From NCBI RefSeq assembly GCF_021028975.2, contig NC_059426.1, positions 141,050,001 through 141,114,000 of the forward strand: a stretch of DNA of 64,000 nt, in the 5' to 3' direction. The DNA comes from Sphaerodactylus townsendi. Its lineage: Eukaryota. Within the stretch, counting starts at the first letter, position 1, and each line of letters begins with the position of its first letter. This document shows, one piece after another, positions 11,044-23,000 of the stretch. The notes beneath the pieces were generated by a model, which was given only the letters and a program-made list of their open reading frames with translations, did no database searches and was not told the origin of the DNA. The translations under genes and the position numbers were made by a program.

Positions 11044-14000
11044 GTAGGAGGCAGCGCAGTTTCTTTTGAACATAATCTTGATAATCTAAATGCGGCAAGT
11101 CCTTGTTATGCAATACCCAAGAAATAGAGGAAGTCAAGCAGATATTTGCATTCTGATCAAGTTTTTTGTAAGCTTCGTACCAAATTTCTCCGTGGTGGAG
11201 TTTAATAATATGAATTGCAGTCTCTTGTCAATCATGTATGGACATTTCTTTGAAGTGCAACGTGTGCCACCGTCACCTGCCCCTGAAAAGCTTTCAATGG
11301 CAGTATTGTTAGAATGTGAAAGACACAACATGTTGAAAACGACTTATGTTGTTCCTACCAAACGGCGTATCACATACTGCTGTGTGTGGGTTCAGTGCTC
11401 TCAAATAGCTTCTGACTTATGGCAATTCTATGAATTAATATTTTCCAAAATGTCCTATTGCTAACAGCCTTGCTCAGGTCTTGCAAACTGAAGGCCTGGC
11501 TTCCTTGACTGAGTCTGTCTGTTTCATGTTGGGTCTTCCTTGTTTTCTGCTGCTTTCAACTTTTCTTAGTATTGTCATGTCTTCTAGTGACTCTTGATTT
11601 TCATCATGTGATCAAAGGATGATAAACTGAGTTTAGTAATTTTAGCATCTAGGGGAGAACAGGCTTGATTTGAGCTGGAACCTGGTACAATGGTTACTTA
11701 GAAAAATGTTTGCAAAATTTAACTACTTGCCTACTGCGACACCTTTGCACTCAAAGGCTCTTTTATAAAGACCCTGTTTGGGGCCCCTTCCGCACATGCA
11801 GAATAATGCACTTTCAATTCACCTTCACAATTGTTTGAAAGTGGATTTTGCTATTCCGCACAGTAAAATCCAGCTGCAAAGTGGATTAAGAGTGCATTAT
11901 TCTGCATGTGCTGAAGGGGCCTTGGTTTGAGAAGGAAGCAGTACTGTTTCAATTGGTTTTTTTGAAAGAAAAACAAGGACAAACATTGATTTATGGTCCA
12001 GTTCTATGGGGGGGGGGGGCACAGCCTGCTAGAGGCATCACAGGGTTGTGCTGGCACATTTGTCCCCTCTTCCAGTCCAAGGGACACTCCTTCTGGTGCA
12101 CTGCCACAGAAGAACACTGGCATTCCTTTGACTTCAGGCATGGGTGGGCAGGGGGCAGGCTGGGACATTCCAGAGAGTGCAGCTGACGTTATTCGGCTTT
12201 CACATGGGTTTTAGGCCTCAGACTTTAGCCCTATGGTGGTCTTTTAGATGGGCCTGAAGTGGGGAGGTTGGTTTTAGCTACCTCCCTGCACTGCCTGAAA
12301 GCCTTCTGGTGGTGTAGCGGAACAAGCTAATCCAGCAGTCTGCAACTTGGGACTCTCCAGATGTTCATGGACTACAAATCCCATCAGCCCCTGCCACCAT
12401 GGCCAGTTGGCCATGCTGGCAGGGGCTGATGGGAATTGTAGTCCATGAACATCTGGAGAGCCACAGGTTGCAGACCCCTGAGCTAATCAAACCAAAAAGA
12501 TACCTACTACACCCAAGCTTCAGTGTAGTAGGTATCGTTTTGGTTTGATTGGCCCTCTGGTGGTGGCAGGTCAGCATGACAATGGCACCATTCCCAGCCA
12601 CCAGGGATTTCTGGACTGGGGGGGATCATCCAACAGTGCCCTCTTATGCAGAGCTGCCCACTGAAATAAATGGGCTTAAACTGGAGTAACTCTTTATATT
12701 ACTGTGCTAAAGTCCATTGATGGTTATTCTGTTGTGCTAAAGTAGTATATGTATTCAGGGAACGACTCAAAGGAGTTCTGTTTTCTTGTTAGACCTTAGT
12801 GTGGAATATTGAAAATTATCGAGTAATCTTTATTGGAAGAATCTTAAACCTGGCTTTCTTTAGGAAATGATGCCCATCTTCATGAAAAGAAAATCCTGCT
12901 ACTTGAAGCTGGCCCCAGGAAATCAACCAATCAATTGCCCACAAGTTATAGTAACAGAGTCAGTGCTATAACTCTGGGCTCAGCCACACTTCTTAATAGT
13001 AAGTACAGCATTCAGCAATGATTTGGATGTAGGTTTTATCTTGAGGTATTAACATTACAAGTCTTTATAGCTGTGGATTGTTTTATCTTGAGGTATTAAC
13101 GTTACAAGTCTTTATAGCTGTGCCTACCAGGTAGGAGGTCATCTGCGCTTCTCTAAAATTTTAGGTTTCCGTATCTATGCTCGAATCTCTGTGTGCTTGG
13201 TGGTGGGGAAGTAGGAGGAGGGGAATTCTTGTCAGGTCCCTCAAAACTAACATTTTTGAAGCATATTCTATAGTTGATTCATCACAGCATTCAGCTGCAT
13301 TTACCTGACATAAATCAGCATATTGGTGAACTAGCAGAAAGGATCCTTTCTTATTTATCTCTTTTAAAGGTTCTTCTATAGATTTCTAAAACCATTAACA
13401 TCAAAATCTTTTTCACACTGTTGTGAGACTTACTGCTAAGCAGTTACATCTTTCTAAGTCTACTGAGGTCAGTGTGATTAGAAGGATTTATTCTGGTTAA
13501 GATCACACTATTAATGTAATATAGCATCCATGCAAAGGAAAGAAGAGATTGCTGTGTAGTTTATTTGAATTGCAGATAGTAGAAAGCTACTTAAAAGGCA
13601 GTTCCATATTATAACTGAGGATATTGTGTTCTGCACCTGTTTAAAAGCAATAGTGTAGAGAGAAAGAGTAACACTAAAGAAGAAAAAGCAACAGTGATTT
13701 TTGTACTATGCAATTTTAGAGGATCTAGAATAAAAGTGTCAGTATTTTTGAAAAATCTTCCTGGCAAAGTGTGCTATTTAGTGATAGAGTATAACGTACA
13801 GTGCCATCCTAAGCAGAATATTGCACTTCTAACCAATTGATTTCAATGCAGTTAGTAAGATGTGAGTACTGTGTATTAGAGCAGACTATATAATTCACAT
13901 GAACTTGTTGTACCATACACAGAGAATAAGTCTCTATTTAGCAGGCTGTGATAAAATGAATTACTGCAGCTCCTGTTTCTCTCCCAGAAAAGAAAAGGAG

Positions 14001-17000
14001 AAGTGAGGATAAGCTGTGTCTTCCCTCTTCCTTGAGAGGAATTTTTTTTCAAGAAAAGTTGTATGCACTGATTTGGAATTCTTTGGACTTTGTCTCAGCA
14101 ACAGGGAAGGATCATGGCAGATAGCCCAATCCAGAGCCCGCGGTGGCCAGCACCACTTTGATGCAGCCTTGCCACCTCCAGAGGGATTTTTGGCAGTGTG
14201 GGAAGGCAAAGTACAAAACAAAACCTCCCTGCCACCAGAAAGCCCTCCATTGGGCTTAATGGATGTACACCAACAAAAGGGTAGAGTAGGTCCAAGCCTA
14301 GGCCACCACTTACCTGGAACAAAGCCAAGGTAGAACTGAGTAAGGTCAGCTCCATCCCCTGGCCATGCCCCAAGAACACCCCCACTACATCACCGGGCCA
14401 GTGGCGGTGCAAGGCCACTATACAACCCTTTGTGCTGCATCTGAACGTCTTGATGGGCTGCAGTGACCACTCATTGGCAAATTTGCCCCTTGGTAAGTAT
14501 CCCAAGGAGGACAAATCTGCCAGCGTAGGGCTACACTGCCTCACAATGGCAATCCCCCCTCCCCCAGATTGGGTCATCAGTTGCAGAGCAGTTGCTTTGA
14601 ATGGAGAAGGCCCCCAACTTCAGTTCCAGACTCCTTAAGGTATAAAATATGAATGATCTCCACCTGATACCCTAGAAAGCCTTTGGTAGTCAGAGGAGGC
14701 AGTACTAACATTGATAGACCAATAGTTTGGCTCAGTGTACTTCATGTGTTCAACAATATAATGGATTACATACAGCTCAAGGATTGTACAGTAACTACAG
14801 AAGAATTACTGATATTCCTGGTTTTCATCTCTTACTGGCAGTCTGTCCTGAGAAAGTTGATTCCTTGGATCAAGGAGTCTGTATAGAGTAATAGCTGTGT
14901 GGGTTTGGAGAGTGTAGTGGGGAGGCAGAAGTGGGGGAAATTTCTGTTTCATCCTTTTCTGTAGTAGAACTGAAGAGGCAGAAGGGAGTAATTTTGTTTT
15001 CTTCCCCCTCCCCATTGCAGCTCCTGACCCACATGCTGCTATTCCCGGTGACTCTGGGAATCAACTTCCATGGGATCAGAAATGTCTGCAGAGGAGTGGT
15101 GAATCTGTAAAGATTGGCTTGGGAGCCAACTCAGCTCAAAGATCTCAATTGATACTTTGATAATACTATCCTTTGAGGATCTAGTAGAAGCAAGTGAGAG
15201 AACTAGTCTGGACTTCTGGCTCTAAGGCTCTGTATTGGAGATCTGTGAGATATTGTAGTTATTCTTTTAATGTTGTGGTATTCTTTCCTTTCTCTTCCAG
15301 GCTTTGGTGCTTGGGATCATATTCGCAGTATGAGAGTCAAGCCTTTTCAGCGGATGCAGGTACCTGATGCTGCAACAAATACAATTTATGACTGTGTGTG
15401 GTAACATGACTTTGTCTGACTCTCAAGAAATCTGTTTCTTAACAGTCTTATGATTTGCTTGCTTTTTAGAGGAGGAACAGGTGGCTTCACATATGACTTG
15501 TGTGTCCTTTTTTCTATATTTGTAGGTTCTTGTGCAAAAGAGTCAAATATGCCTTCTTTATAGGCAGATGAGCAAGTTGCACCGACTATAGACCAATAAT
15601 ATGTCAGTTTTCCCTTTGCACAAGATCCTGGAAGAGTGGGAAAGGGATCCATGACTCATAAATGCACCTGTTATTTCTGTTTTTATGTTGCATGTGCAGC
15701 TGTTGAACACATGAGGAGGCAGGTGCCTGAAAGTATTACCTTGCCATGCTTATATCTATTAGCCACAGTAATGATAAGAGAAAATTTGTACCCACCAGGC
15801 TGAAGACTAAAAAATCACAAGGTATTTTATAACATCATAGCAATGTTGAAGAATTATTTCAAAACAATTTTGTACAATACAGGTACATAGGAACACAGTA
15901 AATATTTTTTTCTTTTTTAACACAATAACAGCAACAGCCAGCCAGATTCTAGATAATTATGGCCTCGTGAAAAACTTCAAGGCTGTTAAGCAAAGAACAG
16001 GGATTTTTTTCTCAATGCTCTCACATATAATCATGGGGTCGCGCTCTGCAAAATTGGGTGAGGCGAGAGGCATGAGAAAAAACAATTTTGCAGAGCCCGA
16101 CCCCGTGATTATATTTTAGAGCATTGAGAAAAAAAATCCCTGTTCTTTGCTTAACAGCCTTGAAGTTTTTCACGAGGCCATAATTATCTAGATTCTGGCT
16201 GGCTGTTGCTGTTACTGTGTTAAAAAAGAAAAATACTGTGTTCCTATGCGCTTGTATTGTACAAAATTATTTTGAAATAATTCTTCAACATTGCTGTGAT
16301 GTTATAAATACCTTGTGACTTTTTAGTCTTCAGCCTAGTGGGTAAAATTTTCTCTTATCGTTATTGTGGATGTACCTTCCCCTTAATCTTTAGTATGGAG
16401 GCATCTATCTATTGGCCAACATCATATGGGACTGCTGAAAGCTTTACTGAGATGAAGGGTTACATCATCCAATTTGTCTTGAAGACTTTGAAAAATAGTT
16501 CGTAAATATTGGGCAGTAATACTTTGAGGTGTGAGCCTGGGGGACAAAAAAAAAAACAAATCTTTCTCCTGAGGTCATTTTTTTATTTTATTTTTCTCAC
16601 AGAAAACTGGAAGATTTGGGGGGAAACAGTGTTTTGTGGAACATTTTCTCTTTTAGAATATGTGAAATCTTTTTAAGACAAGGGTTTTCTCAGTCAAATG
16701 TGTAGCATGGAAAAATCTTAAGATTTTTTTCTTTAATATTCTAGTGGAAAAATGGGGAAACTGGGGAACAGTGGCAAAACTGGTTTTCCCCTTTTGGAAT
16801 GAATGAAATGAACACGGTTTTGCTCAAACTATTTGGTATGATTTTTTAAAAAATTAAAACAATATACATCATGATATATTTTGTATGTGTACAGTAGATA
16901 CGTACAACATTTTAAACATTTTTTTAAAAATGTAGATATTTTGCTGACTATTAAAATACTGTAAAATACTATAATGTGTTCGAGGATAATACATTCTTCA

Positions 17001-20000
17001 AGAGTTAAGTGTTTTTATGTTATATAGATTAATATCTAATCAAGCAGGAGAGTTCTATTTGTGGTTTGTGAGTGTTTCTTGAGAATTTTTGTTTATTTTG
17101 CACAAATTTAGAGTTTTAAGAGATGAAGTTGCACTTGGAATCAGGTCTGGTAATGATTTGCAGGGGCGTAATGCCCATTGGGCAAGGTGGGCAGCTGTCC
17201 AGGGCACCACCTTGTGGGGGGCATAAAAATGCAGGGTTCGTTTTTGGGTATTTTTAGTGGTTTTCCATTTTTGGTCTGCAGGGGGCGCAGTTTTTAGGCT
17301 AGCAGTACCAAAATTTCATCAAGAGACTGTCCTTATGCTACCCCCCAAGTTTGGTGAGGTTTGGTTCAGGGAGTTCAAAGTTATGGACTCCCAAAGGGGG
17401 TGGCCCATCCCCCATTGTTTCCAATGGGAGCTAATAGGAGATGGGGGCTACAGTTTTGAGGGTCCATAACTTTGGGTCCCCTGAACCAAACTGCACCAAA
17501 CCTGGGGGGTATCATTAGGGCAGTCTCCTGATGAGACCATGAAAGTTTTGAGACTGTGCCTTCAGAAATGTGCCCCCCGCCCCAGCCTCCTTGAACCAAA
17601 CCTCACCAAACCTGGGGGGTAGCCTAAGGACTGGCTCCTGGTGATACGCTGAAATTTGGTGCTGATATGTCTAAAAATGCACTCCCTGCAGGCACCAATG
17701 TCCTGGTGCAAAAACATTTTTGGTCGTGGTAGAGTGGCCACCCATGGGCGCGGGGGGGGGGGGGGGATCCAACTCAGGTTATGCCCAGGGCTACAGTTTG
17801 CCTCGTTACGCCCCTGATGATTTGGCAGCCAATATAGTTCTTTCAAAATTAGCGCAAAATGTTTTTTCCATTAAGCTCAGGTCAGCCACAGATTTATTGA
17901 CATTTCCAATAATTGTGGCCTACTCATGCTTTTCAAGCAAATGATGCAGCTGGTGTGCCAGCCAAAAATGCCCAAGGGAGCTAGAACTTAAGCTTCTGTT
18001 CATAGACATAGAACTAATGCGACTCACAAACCTGCTTCTTCAGGAGAGCGTGAATTGCATCCACACTTTCTTTTCAATTTCTGATGAATTTTGTTAATGA
18101 GCAATAACACCTTAGGCTTGTTTGGACTGAGTTTTGATTTGTTGAAATCTCTTGTTGCAGATTTTGACCTTACTGGTATAGTTTCTTGGACAGAGTAGGC
18201 CTAAGAATTTTCTTTTAGTTTTCAAATTTGCAAACATGTTCATGTTTCTTACTGCTTCAGCATTTTTTCTGCTGTCCCATCCTTGGGAAACAGATAGATT
18301 ATGAATAAGTGGCTGTAAGCCCAGACTGCATCTTGGAATGATCAGAACACAGCTTGAAACAAGTATTCATGGGAAAATGGCATTCAGTGCTCTTACATCA
18401 CACCCTCAAAGGAAATGAATGTAAGAGAGTCATGTGAGTTTCACATCATTTGGCATGGATAAGATAGCCATACCCTAAAACCTCTGAATTACTCAAACGT
18501 GGTGTGCAGTGAGACTTTCTGAAAGGTCTTTTATCTTTTCTGAAAGTGCTTTGATGAGTATCTTAAAAATTGTATCTTGTTTTTTAAATTTAAGATAGAT
18601 TTCATGTACACTTTTGATTTCTAATTTCATTGACGTAGCCTAGTTTTATTGTCATTGTGATTCTTTTATATTTAACCAATAGTGATTAAACTGCTTTTAA
18701 ATACAGATCTTAAAAGATAACATCAAGTGATCTTTGACTGGGATATACTGGGCATTCGGAATAAATAAACCTCTGGCCTGACTTCAGCCTGACCTGTTAA
18801 AAGACTGATTATTAGAGAGAACAAGTTCGGGAACCTGCAAGGACTTGAGGGGGACATCTTATTTCTCCATCCCGACTAATTCCCCCGAAAGCCCCCAAAG
18901 CCTCTCTTCTTCTCCTGCTTACTGCTCTACCTCTAACCAAACAGCAAACCCACCTTTATCTATCCTTCTGTCTTTAGTTATACCTCTCCCTCCCATAGAC
19001 TTTGCCTAGGAAAACTATGGCACAATTGTGTGATGCCAGCCATTGGATCAGGCCCACTTGCATGCTATTTTTTTTCTTGCTTTTTGGTTTTAACTTACTA
19101 GGTGTAATTCTATACTTGGAGATTTAGTCACTGAATTTTGTAAATGGGAGTTGCTTAGTGCATCTCTGTTTGTATCTTCCCTTTATGTGACTAGTAGCAT
19201 TTTTCTTCTTACAGGTGTGGGATGCTTGTTCTGAAGCCATGATAACCTTTGATAAAGATAATCTGGAAGAAATGGGATATATAGTAGAGAATGATGTGAT
19301 CATGTCTGCTCTAACCAAACAACTGGATGCCATGTCAGGTAGTGGCTTCTTTCCCAATCTTGAGTTCTCTCAGGAGATTTTTTGTGAACTAGAAAAGTAG
19401 AAACCATGAGATGTGGGGAAAATTGGGTCCACCGCATAACCTGGGGATGTGGGCTGAGCTTTTTGGGGTCTGGCCCTTCTGAGTGTGGAACAGTCCTTTT
19501 TCCCTTTTGGAATTGTGCAAGTTTAAACAATGGAAAATACTTAATTGACAGCCGTGGAATCATCCAAACATGGGAATTCGTTAAGCTGGTAGGTTGTTCT
19601 GCCTAGGCTTTGACTGGTTTTGATTTAAAAAAAAATTATTTAGTGACATTGATACGTTGTATCCCCATCAGACCGAGTGGAAGTTCTCTACAGGAGCAGA
19701 GCGCTTGGGTACACCTGGCCCCTTCCCTATCAAACTTGTGACTCAAGCCCTTGGGTTGAAATTGGTTTAGCAGATGGACGCAGACTGCAGGCCAAACTGC
19801 TGGTAACTAAGCCTTCGTTTTCTGTTTGATCAGGCACCGTCCCTTGCCTAGTCTTTTCCACTGGATTGGGTTCTAATCTCATGTGGTATTACTCAGCATG
19901 AAGGGACTAAGAGGTGAGTTGAAGTGGTTACAGGTCAAAAAATATTCAGTGTAGTTATTAGTTACCTTTGTATACAGTTTGTTGGAGGCAGCAGTTCACA

Positions 20001-23000
20001 GGCACACAGATCAGGGATCTTTCCCATGTTCTCTGTTAAAAATGCAGAGGAGTTAATTGTACCTGTAACTGTTTTCACACCTTCCTCGAAGAGGGTAAGG
20101 AATCTAAACCACCTCTGGCTTTTCCAAGCCATTCTCCTAAAGGGCTACTAAAAATAGCCTTTCTCCCAACTGACCCCAGGGCTCAGTTGGGAATCTTCAC
20201 TCACAACAAGAGGGTACGATGTTTAGTTAGGTGTCCATTGTGGATAATGAGAACTTTATTTATTTGTTTGTTTTGTTAATTGTTGAGCTGGTTAATTTCA
20301 ATTCGTGTCCTCTTTGAAGATTGGCGCAGATGGGCAGAATTCCACAGTCCGGAAAGCAGCTGGAATTCAGAATATTCAGTACCAGTATGATCAGTCGGCA
20401 GTGGTTGCTACTCTTCACTTGTCTGAGGTAACTCATTTTCTAGGATCTTTTCTGGGTTTCAGTTTCTGAATATACAATACAAATGACAGAAATGTAACAG
20501 AATTCATTTGTCTTCTGGTTCTCTCATGCTGCAGGCAACAGACAACAATGTAGCGTGGCAAAGATTTCTTCCATCTGGACCAATTGCTCTTCTCCCGGTA
20601 AAAGATTTGATAANNNNNNNNNNNNNNNNNNNNNNNNNNNNNNNNNNNNNNNNNNNNNNNNNNNNNNNNNNNNNNNNNNNNNNNNNNNNNNNNNNNNNNN
20701 NNNNNNNNNNNNNNNNNNNNNNNNNNNNNNNNNNNNNNNNNNNNNNNNNNNNNNNNNNNNNNNNNNNNNNNNNNNNNNNNNNNNNNNNNNNNNNNNNNNN
20801 NNNNNNNNNNNNNNNNNNNNNNNNNNNNNNNNNNNNNNNNNNNNNNNNNNNNNNNNNNNNNNNNNNNNNNGACTTCCAGAGTGACTTACTGAAAGCATAA
20901 TCCAATACAAACAATAAATGATTCCTTGAAGAAGTGACTCTCATCTTAATTGAATTTTAATCTTTGTATTGAATTCCTCCTTCCTGTATTCATCAGGTTT
21001 GAGCTGGTATTAAACATCTGTTACCAGTCAGTGTTTTACCCTCATTAATGGTGTTTGTCCTATTTGGCCTCTTTGTATTTATGGACTCCCACATATTATG
21101 GTGGAAATGTTATTGTTGGCACGGATTGGTGTAATGGGTAGATTTGGTGAAGTTGGCCCTGTTTCTTATTTATTGAATCAGCTGTCTGACACTGTCAGCT
21201 CTTTGGTTTGGTCCACATCACATGAACATGCATCTCAACTTCAAAGTATGGATGAGGAAAGTTTTGTGGACTCTATCAACTCTGCTTTTGTGAGTATAGT
21301 CCTCATAGATATACTACTTACTTAAGACTTGTGATTTTAAAAGAATTATAACCACTATGTTAATTTAATTCCTAAACTTTGGCTTGAATAGAGTGAAAGT
21401 TTGTTCATGTTTGTTTGATAATTCTTATGGATAATGAATATATTACTTTTGTTAGTCAATTGCCTTTTAAATATGGGATGTACCCTGCCTTGCCTTCCCC
21501 CAGTAACTTGGCAAATGCCAACCTTGTCCTCCAATTTACTTTCTAAGCTTCTTCGTAGCCTTTTTTACCTTCACTCATGTCCTGTTGTTCCGCATTTGGA
21601 TTAGAGAAATGTTCTATCATTCTGAGCAAAAATTATGCCTTGCATTATTTTTGGCACTGCTGCACAGACAGCATCATTCACACACAATTGAATGGTGACC
21701 ATTGAAACTCCACCATCCTGTGGATCCCACTGTGTTTCTTGTGAAGGCATCTATTGTGGGTCAGCATGGAAAGCATGTTGAGAGGTCTGAGAGAAGACAA
21801 GAAACTGTTTTCTCTGTATTCCTCCTACCAGTAGTTTTAGTTGAGAAATGCCAGTTAACACTTTCTTCCCTCTTCTAATTGGAGCCTTTAATTAGGTGGA
21901 ATTCTAGAAAGGATAGAGGACAGATCTGTTTCAATTTTCATTGTTTATTCTCTTAGCTGTGTAGTCTGCCTCTATATGATATCAATAAATCTCTTATCAT
22001 TATTCAGTGGAGCAATGCGGATCACTCTGACTTCATTGATACTGCTGGATCCCTTTTCCGATCGGCTGTTTCTGTCCTGATGCCATCAGGGTCTGCAGCT
22101 CGTCAGTTGCCCCCAAGTGTTGCAAAAGTGGATCCAAAGAGCCGAGCTGTGTTCCCTCTTGGACTGGGGCATGCAACGGAATATGTCCAGCACCGCTTGG
22201 CTCTTATTGGGTAATGTCATGTTGAGAATCTTTAGTACTATGATGGGTCTTTGGAAGGATGGGTTGATTCTGGTATCAAAAAAGAAATCATCTTAAGTGA
22301 TAGAAATGAGCAGTTTCTGGTGATAAGGGGTGGAGATTGTGGCAAGGGTGTAGCATCGGTTTCTCAGGAGGTTTGTGGAATTTACCTGGATAGGCTATGA
22401 GTTTCAGAGGCACAGATAAAAATTATTGCTGAGGTTGATGCATAGGCATTGTGGGAATAGGCAACAGATGTGGCAAATGAGGGCAGTCATTGGCCAAGGG
22501 TATAGTGAGGGACAAATCCAGAGACGGTAGCTATGTTAGCTTGCAGCAGCAAAACAACAAAACATTTGGTGGCATCTTAAAAACGAACACATTTATTTTG
22601 GCATAAGCTTTTATGAGTCAGAGCTCCCTCTGTCAGATGCATGAAAACATCATTTGAGGTTCTTAGGGTGAAAGTCATTCAACTCCAGTGGGCAGAGTTC
22701 TTTTTGAATACCATAATTTTAGGTTGCTCTTTGTGCTAAGCTTTCAACTGGCTTCTCCTTTTAGGGATGCTGCTCACAGAGTACATCCTCTAGCTGGTCA
22801 AGGTGTAAATATGGGTTTTGGTGATATCGCATGTTTGATGCATCATCTCAGTGCTGCAGCATTCAATGGAAAGGACCTGGGTAAGGGCTTATACTTTTAT
22901 CCATTCTATACCATGTTGAATTGTTGGAAACTGCTGTGAGGCATAAAGGAAAAGTGGTATACAAATATGAACAAATATATTTTGTTTATTCACAATTGGT

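Larger units (their letters stand above)
10380..11060. promoter_or_regulatory. CpG-island bidirectional promoter FAM161B/COQ6
   Basis: CpG-rich; divergent ATGs ~390 bp apart; CCAAT at ~10666 and ~10706; ETS-like TTTCCGG ~10803 and CACTTCCG 10841; CRE half-site ACGTCA ~10837. Confidence 0.85.

Noticed and set aside
20504-20944. ORFs spanning the N run
   Set aside because: Artefacts of the assembly gap.
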